Positions 1 to 14,028 of a DNA stretch of 64,000 nucleotides are shown here, one piece after another (position 1 is the stretch's first letter; every line of letters begins with the position of its first letter). Made by a program: the position numbers and the translations under genes. Source of the stretch: Rhizophagus irregularis (Eukaryota); contig NC_089433.1 in NCBI RefSeq assembly GCF_026210795.1, positions 5,084,001 through 5,148,000 on the forward strand, written 5' to 3'. The notes under the pieces are model-generated. The model was given only the letters and a program-made list of their open reading frames with translations, had not been told where the DNA came from and did no database searches.

Positions 1-1528
1 TCTATCAAAAAATTTAAAATACTATATAATTCTTAATAATATTATTATCCATACCAATACCGCATTATAATAAAATAACATCGATTTTCTTTATTATACT
101 CAGTATTATGTGTTTCTACAATTGTATATAAAGAATAAATGTGGAATGTAATCAACTAATGTAATTGGAAAATTTTGAAACCACTATAGTGATTCTTTAG
201 CCTTCTATAAAATAAATATAAAATAAAATGTTAGTATCATTTCATTAATAAAAAAATGGCTAAATAAATTAAGTTTCTAAAATCAAAATTTACCATCCAA
301 TCCACCCAAAAACCAGAAATCCATTTCCTATAAAAATGAGCGGAAAAGTTTAATATTATTTAAAAAAATTTAATTTTGAAATAATTTAATTCAAAATTTT
401 GAACTCACCATCTGATCTATTTGTAAATTGAAAATCCATCCTATAAAAAAAAAGAAAAAAATGTTAATCAACAATTTTTTATCATTTTTGAATTTATTTT
501 TCAAAAAGTTTACCTTCACCTACTAATTTCACACAACCCGAACAACATAAAGACCAGTTATCATACTGGGAATTCTGATAATTAAGTCAAAGGAAAATAC
601 AAAATAAAAAAGGACACTACTGTAATTAAACATCTTTCACAGGAGTTCTAAAGACAGGCGTCCTATAAAAGAAAAGAAATAAAAAAAGAGCATGGTTAAA
701 AATCCATTTATTGGTTTAATTTCACGTTGTAACCCTAAATATCGAGATAATCACGTGATCGGAAGAATAATTATCCAAAGGATAAATAATATACCGAATG
801 GAACAGGGATAAATATTCAACCAATAGAAGAATATTTAACTGAAATAATTAGAAAATACATTATTATAGTTGTACAATAGTTAGCTATTTATAGCAATAC
901 TTATTTATAGTTCAGTTATTTATAATTATTTATATTATTAGATTAGTTATTATTAGTTTAGTATGAATAGATTATTATTACGCTAATGAAATAATATAAT
1001 ATTAGGAGGACTTTGACAATTAATCTATGGAATGGAAGAACTTTGACAATTTAATCTATGAAATGGACAAATTACGGATAATACCAAATTATGATGGGAA
1101 CAGTTTGGATAAAATCATGGAAAATGATAAATTGTAATGGAATTGCAATGGGAAATGTTGAGTTTTAGATGGATAATCGAGAGATAATCAATTTATTAGT
1201 GTAACTTGAAAAGATATTTAAGATCGCAGTTTTGGAGTTAATTGAAAGAATGAAGTTTCGACTTGGAATTGGGAATAATATTGGGAATTTAGGAAAATAT
1301 AATGATAATTAATAATTGTATTAGTTGTTAATATAGAGTTACTAATATGGCTTCATATTAGAAAACGTTTAATAATTGATAAAATTAATATTTAAAATAA
1401 AAATTAATAAAACAAAATAATGAAGTTATGAAAGCATTAAAAGAAATTAACGCAGTTTGAAATTTGACTAAATTAAATGATAAAATCTAAACCAAGTAAG
1501 GATATATATAATTATAAATGTTAGGATT

Positions 1529-2779
1529 TCATCTATCGGTATGTGGCAGGTGCTGGTGACAACGTATTTTTCTGCTATTTATACCCAACTCATTTGATAG
1601 GATTCTAGAAGCGTTTATCTTTAATAGAGGTGTAATGTGATGAGTTTCACAATATGAAGTATATACCCTATAAAATTCTTGAACAGGTAGGTCATTTATA
1701 TGATTTTTTACTACAAGGTAAATGTCTTTTATGAATTGAAATAGGGGTGGAAGAGTCGAGATGATGTGATCCTGCTTAGATGCAGTCATAGGTAATGGAT
1801 TCCCATTGAAGTCTGGGTAAGCGTCTGCAATGGCTCTCAAGTAAGCATAGAATGCTTCACTGGCGCTTGGGTATTTCATAGCATCAAGTTTCTTAAAGTA
1901 GTTGAGGTCTCCCTTGCGGGATGGTGATACATCCAAGAATACTGTGCACCTATCGTCATTCTCCACTCTGAGAGCATTTTTATTGGTGAGTACAATGGTA
2001 AATATAAAGTTTTTGTAATGTGTTGGCGTCTTGTATTTTTCATGGATTTCCATTATGTCGCCTGTTACCTTATCCTTCAACGATCAATACAGATTATTCC
2101 ACTAGCTTTTTTCTGTAGGCATTTTCTCAAGAAGAAGAAGAACTTTACCCTGTAATTGCCCATTGAAACTTCCAAGAATCGTCTGAGGATTGCTGGTCTT
2201 ATAAACAAGTTGAGTACCTAAGACACTACGTTGAATGAAATCTGTTATAATACTCTTACCCCAACCCTGTCCGGATTTCAGGTAGAGAATCGAATACATT
2301 TTCCTTTTAGCAGACATACCAGCCAACCACTTTATGACATACTCAGTAAGATTCCAATCGCCTGAACACCAGATATCCTGAATGTGGAAGAAGATAAATT
2401 TAACCGCGAGGTGGGTTGTAGATTCAAAAGTGGATATCGGATGCAGGATATGGAGGAATCCTGGGAAGATATTGAGATAAAGTTGGCCACCTAGTTTAAA
2501 GATATGGGATTTTTGAGGGTCATAGGTAGCTACACATACAGTACTATATTCGATCATAAACCATTTGTTGATATTAAATTCAACCTTTTGTGAAGGACCC
2601 TGTTCGGATTGTGTGTAAAAGACTTTATTGGTAATTGGACGGATAAGTTTATTAATATTTTTATCAGAAATATGCTCGAGGTTCTTGATTTCTGACCGCC
2701 ACATAAAGACTCCATGCGGGTTGGAGCAGGGGATAAAGTAACTGCAAAAATAACATTTAGCTTGATCAAGGTCACTCAT
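1529..2779 (-). pseudogene. Disrupted D5-like / superfamily-3 helicase (primase-helicase C-terminal ATPase type)
   Basis: ORF 2102-2779 has Walker A KSGQGWGKS and a Walker B-like GKVLLLLEK. The continuation ORF 1529-2080 has motif C (IVLTNKNALRVENDDR) and a winged-helix-like tail (FYRVYTSYCE). The gene is broken by a stop/frameshift near 2080-2102, has no introns, and is visibly more GC-rich than its flanks. Confidence 0.8.
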
Positions 2780-3118
2780 ACTTTTAGCAGCGTTAATAAG
2801 CCATTTAAGCTCATCAATACTAAAAGCCTTCTTCTGTTCACCGAACTTGGGGATAACTTAAGCTTGAGTGCTAGTTTGGGCAGTCATTTTTTGCTCTATC
2901 AAATTGAGTACTAATTTATAGTTACCTAATCTTCAATTGCCGAATATTTTTTCCAAAGATCTGCTCCTACCTGGTTACCTCCTGTAATCCTGTGATCCTG
3001 CGGTTTTGCGGTCCTACAGTTATATCTGGTTATCTTCTAGGTGTAAAAAAAAACTATAAACCACAAACCTTTACGATTGCTCTAAATCTTTTCTTCCTCT
3101 TTTTCAATCCATATATAT

Positions 3119-3562
3119 CTAGTGAAATCCACACCGCTCAACAGCCCACCTTACCATACAATGCTCTTTTCTAGCTTCTGATAACTCTTTACAAGCCTTT
3201 TGATACTCCTTCCAATTAAGCTCATGAAGTTCACGATTTCCAATACCCTCCTCCTCAAATGATTGACCAAGAGTATCCCCAACTTTTTCCTTCTTTTCTA
3301 CTGCCTTGTCATATGCCTCTTCGGCTTTCTCATGCCGCTTCCACAACTCAACTTTACAATAGTTATACCAGAGTCTGTTTATCTTGAGGTGCTTTCCAAA
3401 TTCTTTGACCGGAAGGTTTCTGACCATCTCTCTTACTATGTCCGGGTCGTTGAGGGGTGAAGCCTGCATTTGGATCCATTTATAGATTCCATAGATGTTT
3501 ACAAGATCGAGACCAAGGTCTTTGGCAAGAGAAGTGGCTGCGTGTAAGTTCATCATATGCAT
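3119..3562 (-). CDS. Hypothetical 147-aa charged helical protein upstream of the helicase, same strand
   Basis: Intronless ORF in the same higher-GC block as the helicase; no recognisable domain. Confidence 0.35.
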   Translation of the reverse strand: MHMMNLHAATSLAKDLGLDLVNIYGIYKWIQMQASPLNDPDIVREMVRNLPVKEFGKHLKINRLWYNYCKVELWKRHEKAEEAYDKAVEKKEKVGDTLGQSFEEEGIGNRELHELNWKEYQKACKELSEARKEHCMVRWAVERCGFH

Positions 3563-4054
3563 ATTTCGTGTTAGGTATTCTTATATATTACTTATTGTAT
3601 ACCCATTATTCAATTACTTATTTTTTCTGACGGGAGCTGGATGGGATTAGTCTTACTGGCTCTATAAACCTTCTAGGGCTTACCTGCTAACTTACCTGGT
3701 TTGCTGTCTCACTGCTTCCAACAGATTATTAGACGGAATCCTGACTTGTTCCAGATGTTCTGGATGTGGCAGATCTGGGGTAAAAATAAAACTTTTTCTG
3801 GGGGGATGTCCTCTCATATTTTTTCTGAAACATCTGCCACATCTGCCACATTCGGGACAACCCTCTCATTATATCTGTTTTTACTTCCTTTTCTATTGTT
3901 TTCTAGTTATTTGGTATATATATTTGTTCCAGATGTGGTTCCAGATTGTGGCAGATATATGGGGATTCCTGAGCCCTGTAGGGGCCATATAGGTACTGCG
4001 ACGGGTCATAGACCTAGAGGTGGGTGGTGCTTGCACCTCCTACATCCAGCCTGA

Positions 4055-5010
4055 CGACAGAACAATAGGAGACGATTCAGACAAAATAGTAATGAAAAAA
4101 ACAGTTTATGAGATGAAATGATGATGAAAAGCAATATAGAACAAAAAGTGGTAAAAAAAATAATAGGAGACGAAATGGTAATTAAAGGAATGGTATAGGT
4201 TAAAATTAGGGATGGCAATGGTTAGTCATGGTCGGTCATCAGTCAGTCATAACCGGTCAAGAACCTTTGACCGATCGACTGACCGACCGTTTGACTGACC
4301 AGTCTGACTGACTGGTTAACTGACCATTTGACCGACTGGTTAACCGATCCTGAAAATGTAATTTAATTGAAATAATTAATAAAAAACGTTTTCGCAACGT
4401 TTTCTATTAAAATAATTAAAAAAATGTTTGCGAAACAATTTTTTTATTAAATTATGTTTTGCAAACGTTTTCAGGATTGGTTAAACGGTCGGTCAAACAG
4501 TCGGTTAACCGGTTGGTCAGACCGGTCAGTCAAACGGTCAGTCAGAGATCTTTGACCGACCGATATCGGTCACGGTCATGACTGGTCATAACCGGTTAAT
4601 GACCGTAACAGTTGCCATCCCTAGTTGAAATGATGATGAAAAAGTGATATAAAGCGAAATGGTAATAGAAATAATGATATAAGATGAAATGGTGGATGAA
4701 AGAAATGAATGATAATAATAATAAAGTGATATGGATGTGATGAAAAAAAAAGATAGGATGAAATAGAGATGAAAGATGATGAAAGAATAATGTGGAACAA
4801 AATGGAGATGGAAAAAGAATAATAAGTGACAAAATAGTGGTGGAAAAAAATGATAGGAGATGAAATGGTGATTAAAGGACAAAATGATGATGAAAAAGTG
4901 GTGTAGAATGAAATGAAATGATATAGGACGAAATGGAGATGAAAGAATATATGGAATGAAATGGAGATAGAAAAAGAATGATAGGAGATGAAACAGTAAT
5001 AGAAAGAAAC
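4055..5010 (+). repeat. Degenerate purine-rich minisatellite (GATGAAATGGTGATGAAA-like units)
   Basis: Repeated gatgaaatg/ataggagatgaaat motifs, interrupted by the MITE at 4207-4623. Confidence 0.75.
4207..4623. mobile_element. hAT-like MITE (417 bp)
   Basis: 12-bp TIR TAGGGATGGCAA...TTGCCATCCCTA; 8-bp TSD gttaaaat (4199-4206) / gttgaaat (4624-4631); subterminal GACC/GGTC repeats. Confidence 0.9.
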
Positions 5011-5632
5011 AAAAAACCATAAGGCCCAAAAAAGAAAGTGAACAGCCCAACCAAAAAAAAAGAAAAAGATAGTTAGTTAAAGAAAATAAATTCCCAATTC
5101 CAAAAGACCAAAAATAAGTTTTAATTAAAGCCGTTAAAAATTGGAGACGAATAAAATGAAAAGAAGGGAGAATAGTTAATATTAAAAATAAACTAATAAA
5201 TCTGATGAGTGACACAAATCACGCAATACAAATAAACCATGTGACACTGGTGCTGCGCATCATTGGACCATTGGTGTTTCATAATAAAATTAAGTATTTT
5301 ATCATTATGTCTATTATTTACATTTTTAGATTAAGGAATTTAAAAGAAAATGACATATTTTTTTTGTAAGTATGATTAATATGTTTCGTTAAATTAATCA
5401 ATTTGAATGATCATTAAAATAAATTAAAATAACTTTACTGATCTTTAAATTATACTTTTAGGATGGTAAGTTTGTTAAAAAAAATGATTTAATTTATCTA
5501 GTATAAAACATGTAAAAAACGTGAAATTAGACTTTATTATACTTTTAAAAAGTATATAAATAAGGCAACTTCTCATTTAAGCTTTTTTTCTTAACGTTTG
5601 CTTTTTACATTTACTTTTTACATTTTATAAAA

Positions 5633-7705
5633 ATGAATAAACGGAAATATAATTTTAGAGCTAGTACCAACAAAAATACCAACGAAAGAACAGCCATTAG
5701 GGAACATAATAATGAAGGACAAGAACAAGAAGTTAACGAAGTTCCAATTAAAAATAAATCCAGTAAAAAAACTAAAACGTTAACTAATCAACATGAAGTG
5801 GATGAATATGAAGTATTCTCCCAAGGAACTTTTATGTCACTTGAAAGTAATAATTTAATTTTTTTGTCATAATTTTTTATTAATAAGCTATATTATGTTA
5901 CTACTACTAGTTAAAATTTATTATCTTATTATCATTATGGGTAAAATAGATTGATTAGAGAAAACTGTTTCCAGAAATATTGCCAGTTATGTTAAAAAAA
6001 AAAAATACTAGACGAACAGGCGAGTGGTCAATTTATTTAATGTTATTATAATGATAATTAATATTTTATAATGATAATTTGATAATTGTTAACAAATTAA
6101 TCATTACAATTCACCATAATTTATCAGGAATTGTCCCTATATCATCACCAACTCTGTCAAGTAGACCAATAACCCCTAGACCAATAACCCCTATTTCAGA
6201 ACCAATACTAACAACCCGATCACTAAATCAAGACCAACAACCCCAATTATGGAATTAAGACCATTGATCCCAACCACAGAACAAGAAGTAATAGAAATTG
6301 ATGAGGAACATAATCCATCAAAAAAACTCTCTGAAATGAAGCATCATAAAAGTAAGGCGACACAAAGTAGTAAAAATGGTTTTCATAGTCTGGCCGGGTC
6401 AGTTTTTGTTAGGTCTTAAAAAAAATTTTTTATATTGTTACTATGCCGGGTGAGAATTTTTTAAAAATTGAAAAAAAATTTCACATATAAAATTTTTGAA
6501 AAAAAAATTAAAAGCTGGGTTGCCAGGTTATTGATGAAATTTTTATATTATGAAAACCATAAAATCAAGTTTGTATGGCCTAATGATAAATATGGCAGCA
6601 AATTAGAAAAAAAAATAGATAAATTGGAAGAAATATTAAAAAAACAATTAAAACAAATTAGAGTTTTATATGAGCTACAAAAATTGACAAATAATCAAAC
6701 AAAGTGGATCCAAGATCAACTAAGACAGCAAACTGAAAATAATAATAATGTTGATTCGACTCCAAAGGTCTTCACAGTAAGTAATTTTATTGTTCAATAA
6801 CATATTATCTTTAAATAACTATGATAATTTTCATTATACAATAAAAATAATATAGGAAGGGTATATTCAAGTATGCCAAAAATTTTTTCCAAGTAATTTG
6901 TGGCCCAGCTTTGATGATTTTAAATCTGAATTAGAAAAGTGGCTCAATTTACATCATCCCAATTATTTAAAAGAAGTAAGTGAATGAAAGTGGACTAATT
7001 CGTTTGTCAGAAACCATCATACTATGGTAATTATCATTAATTACATAAATATGATTTAATTTAATTGTAAATTTCAAATTTTATTAATTTTTTATATTAA
7101 TTAGATTCAACATAAAATGAAAGATTTAAGGAGTACCTCTGCCGCAGCAGTCAGGAGTGCAATTCTTAAAGAATTAGGATTACAGATTCCAAGCAGCAAG
7201 AAAAAAAATACTCCAGTTGACATTTCAGAATGGAAAAGATCACAAAAGGTCAAGAAATGCTATTATAAATTATATGACGAAGATGAAAATGTGATAGAGA
7301 ATATTGCAAAACAAGCATTTCCAACCTTATCTTATGACAATGAATTATTATTTAACGATATTTATGTTTTACAGCATCTGTGTGCGATATTGTATTAAAT
7401 CCTAACTATCCGGATATAGAATGTGCAAGAAAACCATTGGAAAGACGTTTTCAAAAATTTAAGGTGATTTTTTTGTTAATTAAAATTGAAATTATCAAGT
7501 TTTTCAATTATAATTCTAAATTAATATTTTAGGATTCACTCTTAAATAATGAATCTATTGAACTTGTTGATTCGATATCAATATTACGAGAAGAAATCCC
7601 AGAAATGAAAAAGAAAGTAGTAGTTGAGAAAGATAATGAAGAGGAGCCTCGTTCAGAGGAAGCTTATGAACAAAATTTCGATGAATTATTTGATCATAGT
7701 GACTA
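5633..7705 (+). pseudogene. Multi-exon hypothetical gene, disrupted
   Basis: ORF pieces 5633-5872, 6468-6800 and 7117-7398 are linked by short GT-AG introns. There is an in-frame TGA near 6985, a probable frameshift near 7370, and a MITE insertion at 6376-6560. No domain recognised. Confidence 0.55.
6376..6560. mobile_element. 185-bp MITE inserted in an exon
   Basis: 12-bp TIR ATGGTTTTCATA...TATGAAAACCAT flanked by AAAA on both sides. Removing the element plus one AAAA restores the frame KATQSSK-IKFVWPNDKYG. Confidence 0.75.
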
Positions 7706-8140
7706 AGTATTTATAAAGATCATGGACAACTTTAAGCTTCCCTCAAGAAGTAATTTCGATATTGATCATACTTTTATGCTTAGTGATATGTTGTATTATT
7801 TGTAATGAATATTTTTTATTTTATTTTTCTATTAGTTATTTAGTATTGCTATTATTAAAACAATTGAATTTTATGTTAATTATTTATCGTTAATAAATGT
7901 AATAAGTATTTTTCGATGATTATCAATTAAATATTTTTGATATATATCACTTTGGTTAAATAATCGGTTAGGTCAAATAATGATATTTATCTTTTGATAA
8001 TTATCGATTGGGTTAAAGTTAGATAATGATATTTATCACTGTTTAACAATATCGAAATTACTCGACGAGTGTGATTTTTATTGATATATATCACGTGAGT
8101 TTTTCATCGGCATATACCCCTTAAAAAATTTCCCGATGTA

Positions 8141-8250
8141 CTCAATCCATTCACAAAAGATCTTTAAAGATGATACTGATTGTTTAGACTGTATAATTAA
8201 TGATTGAACTAAAGTTATTATAAATTACTAGCTATTATTACTTATTTTTA
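8141..8250 (+). pseudogene. 3'-terminal relic of a third TKL kinase paralog
   Basis: ctcaatccattcacaaaagatcttt-aaagatgatactgattgtttagactgta aligns by eye with the end of the kinase at about 48516-48620. Matching downstream flank resumes at about 16270-16700. Confidence 0.8.
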
Positions 8251-11200
8251 TTGTTTTAATCAAATAGTTAAAATTAATATTTGTAAAAAGCAATTACTAT
8301 ACTCCACTTTATAAAAAATGTTGACTCTTATTTTATATCTCTATTTTTTCTATAAATGTACAATAACATTTGATGATATTTAACATATTCATTATTTTAT
8401 TTTTATTTTTATTTTCTTTTTAAAGTGAAGATTTAAAATTCTGTTTATTATATTATCATGTTTCAAAAATAAAAATTAAACTTATTGTTATTACAAAAAT
8501 TATACTGTATTTTACACCATACTCATCGTTATATTAGTAATATAAAGTTATAATTTTTTAATTTACTTGTTCTTTTTCTTTTCTCTTATTTTTTATTATA
8601 AAAATAATATTTCATCTATTTTAAAATATATTTATTTGGAGATTAGAGATTGACTGGATTGTTTTTTTCTTTAGCCGGTCTAAGCAAAAAACAAAAGTGA
8701 AGGTTACACAAGATGATAAATGAAGTTACACATATAGTAATAATGGAAGAAAGGGAAAAATGCCAAGCTCTGAGCAATCTTCACAAGAGTAATCAAGACA
8801 ACAACACGTCCTCAACACAGCACGCGAGTGACGAATGGTCACAACAACAACAAAGAGGGTACAAAACAGGTGGTGAAGCAGAAAAAGAAAATATACCCCA
8901 GAAACAAATGAACTAAAGGTTGAAGAGGGGGATTTTCAAAAAAATCAAGACAACATAGAAGAAGTAGTTGATTTATTGACAAGTGAAGAAAGTATTAATG
9001 TATTCTTAGCAAGACAAAGGCTAAGATTTGTTAAGGGGAAGTCGAACAAACAAGAGATGAAAGATTCAATGTTTTTAGAATTGAACATTGCAGCACACAA
9101 TATAAATGGGATTGCTAGTGTCCTGTCTATACAGAAACTTCATAACTTACTGGAATTCATTAATGAAAATAGTATCGATATTATGGCTATATCAGAAACT
9201 AATATAGACTATCGACAGGAATATTTTATAAACCAGGACATTAAGTCAAAAGTTTATTCAATAATTTTCAGTGAACGCGATCAAAAAACTAAAGGATCGG
9301 GAACGGCACTTGTGATCCATAACAGATGGATGAAGCATTATTACTCAGTAGTGCGCATATCCCCATATATCATAATAGCTAAATTCCTGTTCGTACAGAG
9401 AGAAATATGGGTATGGTCAATATACGCTGCTCCCAACGATCAAGACATGAGGAAAAGTTTGATCGAAGAGTTGAAAATGGTTATGGAGGGACATAACCGA
9501 TCAGTTCACAATACTGTAGTACTGCACGTTGTATTAGGCGATTTCAATGACATGATTAACAATAAAATAGATCGATCGCCCAGTACCAGACAACCAGGAT
9601 CTCAATTTCTAATACAATTATCGCAGTTAGGTCTTTATGATGTGTGCCGAGTTCTCTATCCGGATGCAGAGTTATTCACACATGAGAAATGGGATAAAAA
9701 CAAAAATAGATCAGCTTCTATCTCAAAATCAAGGATTGATCAAATCTGGATCACATATGAACCCGACGTGATTCCAGTAGAATTTTTGGTGCACTCATCA
9801 CAGATGACTACAAACAGTCACCATAGTATTATATCAACAACGCTAAATATATCAGGATTCATTAGGAATAATTTCCGGCATTGTGTCCCAGATCAATTAC
9901 AGGATCCAGATTTACATCAAGATAAACGTATAGTGGATATCAGTAAGATGACCAATGTGCAATGGAAAAATTTTACTGAAACACTAGATAGGGAAATAGA
10001 AGCATGGGACTTCCAACAACTAATAGAGGAAGTTAATTATGAAATACAATTAGGGGACGAAAAGAACACTGATGGAGATAGAAGTAATAAAACGTAGATT
10101 TAATGATCTTTGGGATAATATTATAAGTGCTATATCTATAGCGATGAATATAGAACTTCCCATGAAATTAGTTAAATATCCAGGAAGCCACAATACAAGA
10201 CATAAGTTATCATTTGCAGATAAAACTATGCGACATACTACTAGATTGGGAAGTTTAATTAGGAAAATCTGTAAAGATCAGGACTTTATTGCTGCCAAAG
10301 ATGCCCATTGGATAGATTATCGGCTGAACAGATTTAATAAATATAATGATGATTATAAAAGGAAAGAATACGATAAATTCATAGATAAGTATGAGGAAAT
10401 TATTATTCCTACACACAGCCTTTTTAGTAACACATGGATTAATATTGTTAAAGATGTAGTCAAAAAAAGAGTTAAAATAGACAAAAATTATTTACAAGCA
10501 CAACGTTTAAGCAAGATCTAAGATAGCATAGAAAAACGTTGCAATATTATACATTCGGATATTCCTAAGTAGCTACTTTCCACACAGGATGTTGTTAAGG
10601 AACATATTATTATTGATCGAGCAGTAATATCCAACAAGAATGAAAGTGTTAGACTAGCGCTTGATCCTAATACAATTAGAAACCATGCAAAAGATACTTT
10701 TGCAGGAATTTTACGAAAACGCAACACTAAACCAATAGAGAAAGACATTTTCTGGAGCAATATATATAGGCCAAAAGGTGAATTTACTGAGTGTATGGCT
10801 AATTTAATGGATGAAATAACGTTAGAAGAATGGCAACAAACACTTGAACAGGTGAACATAAACTTAGCGCCAGGTCCTTCAGGCATTGGATATACTATAA
10901 TCAAACACATTTCAGACAAATCCAGCTCCATTATATTAAAGATCATTAATTTGTCCCTAAAAATAGGAGTTGTGCCAGACCAATGGAAACAGTCACTTAT
11001 TCATCCGATTCCAAAACTGCAGAAATTTGATTATATTTTGGCCATCACGCGTCCTATAGCATTGCTAAATAATATCAGGAAATCTGTCACCAAATTATTA
11101 ACAAACCTTTTAAGTACAATTTTGACAAATAATAAAGTTTTACGTGGATTGAATTTTTGTGGTCTTAAGGGAGAAAACACAGCAATACCGTTACGTTTAA

Positions 11201-13118
11201 TGAATGATATAATTGAAGATGCAAGGGAAAATGGAAAAGAACTCTGGGTGGTAACCCAAGATATGATGAAAGCATACAATTCAGTTAGCCTAGAGAGCTT
11301 ACAGCTTGCACTAAGAAGGCTAGACATACTAGAAAAATTTATTTTATGGATTACAGGATTATTCAAAGATAGACAAATGAGCATAATTACAGCATTTGGC
11401 CCTAGCCCAACCTTCATAGGGGGGGACGGTATTGACCAGGGTGATGCGATTTCACCTTTACTCTGGAGAATTTTTTACGATCCTTTACTTGTAGCTATTC
11501 AACAAGCATGCAATCAACAACAAGGATATGAAATGGTAAACACTTGGCCATTGGATATTCAGGATCGATCAACATGGCAACAATATAGTCTAAGGGTACC
11601 AGTTATAGCGTATATGGATGATACGAGTTATTTGAATAGTTCAGGAGATAAAATTCAGGTATCAATTAATATAGCCACACAATTCTATCATTTCCATGAT
11701 GTAGATATAAATGGAAAAAAGTCTGAGCTGATGGTAATAAATCCTAAAGTGTCTAGAGATGAATTATATATAACTATTGGACGTGACAACTCAAAGGTTC
11801 AAGCTACAGATAAAGAGATACGGTATTTAGGATGTTATTTCTCTTCTTCCAATTTAAGGAAAAGATCAATCAAAAGAATCAAGGATATAATTGAAAAATT
11901 TTTGAATCCTATTAGAAGAAAATGTATTACAGTAGGACATATTGCATATCTTATTAATCACGTTCTTATCTCAAGAGTGGTTTATGTAGCCCAATTAATG
12001 ATATTATCAGAAAATGAATGGAATTTCTTGTTTACTCCAGTGATCAAATTAGTTAAGCAAATATGTGGGTTGCCTAGAAGTTATCCAACATTAGCAATAT
12101 ATCATCAATACATCTTAGAAATTAATAATCCATGGGATCAAATATGCGCAAATCAGATTACTGTTTTTTTATATCTAATAAATAGTAATTCACTAGCATC
12201 TAGATCTATAATGATAAGATGTAGGACTGCACAGTTGCGATTGGCTATACATGACAATATTTTTGAACATGATTCAGAATCATTATTTCTAGGACATCAA
12301 GAAGCAAAATCTAACCTAAGTTTACATAATATTATTATAGCCAGGAAATTAAACATTATCATACAACAAGATTACATAAATAGGTCAACATGGACCATTA
12401 GTAGTGGAAATATGCCTATTAGAGAAATATTTATAACACATAGATGCCTCAATTTATTACGGAAAATTGGAACTGCAAATTCATATCCACTTATATATGC
12501 TAGTCAATTGATGTTACCTTATGGACATATTATGAGTTGGGCATGTTATCGTTTCATTGCAGGACTATCAGCAAAAGGACGTATAGCCAAATGGTTTCAA
12601 TTATTAACCTGATGGATTAAAGGAATATCAGCACCAGAAATATCTAGACATTCCTTATTTAACTTTTTGAGCAATATATTACAACTGGTATCAGAAGACA
12701 AGCGAAAACACCCATATATTATAATAAAAGATAAAAACAATGAAGTTTCAGTAGGATTTGTTAAGAAAAGAACACAGATAAAGAAAAATGAGGAAAAAAT
12801 TGAATGTTTAATTATAGAAGTTTGTAATATTGAAATATGTCCAGATAATTCTCAAAAAGCAATTATTCAGAAACAGGAATGTCCCAAGATGATTACAATA
12901 ACTCAACATAGTGCATTAGTATTACCAATTTTTAATCGTTTATCAACAGGTGCAATTACACATATCGACTGGTATTATATAATGGAATCGTTAAATAGAA
13001 ATAAAAATATTTCAGCAAATAGTGACATACAACAATTGGAAAAAACACCTACAATTAATTTGAATGGAGATAATTTAGGTCTATGGATCAATTGATGGAT
13101 CGAGCAAGATACACTTAA

Positions 13119-14028
13119 TAATGCTTTGATCCGTGCACAGATAAAACTGCGGTATCCGGATATCTGGAAAAAAAATAGCTATCCGGATACTGTGGTTTTT
13201 ATCTGGATAAATATCTGGATAGAAAATATCCAGTTTGACCCATTATCCAGATAAAAAAAATTATAAAAAATTTTTTTTGTCATTTAAATTACTTATTTAT
13301 TGACATTATTATCTATTAAATTACCATTTATTAAAATCATAATCTATCTTACTAAAATTACTAGTAGAACATTCGATGGTCAATAATAATTCAGGCCATC
13401 TATAATGCCAGCCTGAATTTTGCGAAATTGCTTGATATTTGTCAAAAGGCAGCAGTTTCTGGCCCAGCTAAACAAAATTTGGGATTTTTGTAATTTTGGC
13501 CGAAATTATATGTTTGGCCCAAATTACTGTCAATACATGATTTAAAAAAAAAGATTTTTTCTAATAGATAGGTTGAATTGATTAATTTTAAGTACAAAAT
13601 AGTATAAATATAATAAAATAATTAGTTTATGCCTAATCTTCCATTATTTTACGATTTTACTGTATTTTTTATATTTGTAATAATGTATTTATTGCAAAAT
13701 TTTAAATTTTTCAAATTTTCAAAAAAATTGTCATAATTCAGGCAAAATTCGTAGTGCTGGCCAAAATTAAAATTTTATTTTATTTAAAATTAATAAAATA
13801 TTACTAATTTAGTTAAAAATATTAAGTCAAAATTTAATTAAGTTAATGCGACTGATATTATTTGTTAAGATCGATCAATGAAAAAAAAATTTTATATATA
13901 ATCTTATCTGGGTTTCAGTTTCTATCCGGATATATCTGGATTTATATTCGAACCGGATAATCTGGATAAAAACTGGATAATTTTTTTAATTTATCCGGAT
14001 AATGGTTTCTACCCGGATCGAAGCACTA
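13119..14028. mobile_element. hAT-like non-autonomous element (910 bp) inserted in the LINE ORF
   Basis: Imperfect TIR TAATGCTTTGATCCG / CGGATCGAAGCACTA; 8-bp TSD acacttaa / acatttaa; subterminal ATCCGGAT repeats. Removal rejoins WIEQD-TFKQELTNIR in frame. Confidence 0.9.

Noticed and set aside
4006..5215. F/H/I-rich minus-strand ORFs (e.g. 4586-5215)
   Set aside because: These are translations of a purine-rich minisatellite and a MITE end; low complexity.
10518..11417. Minus-strand ORFs 10518-10946 and 11031-11417
   Set aside because: They are antisense to the LINE RT frame and have no independent motifs.
12610..13095. Alternative genetic code (TGA=Trp) to explain in-frame TGA
   Set aside because: TAA stops and frameshifts also break the same frames, and TGA ends the intact kinase gene; mutation explains it better.
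13394..13762. Possible further nested MITE (ggcca..gcctgaatt / aattcaggc..tggcc)
   Set aside because: The inverted match is short and patchy, and no TSD could be established.
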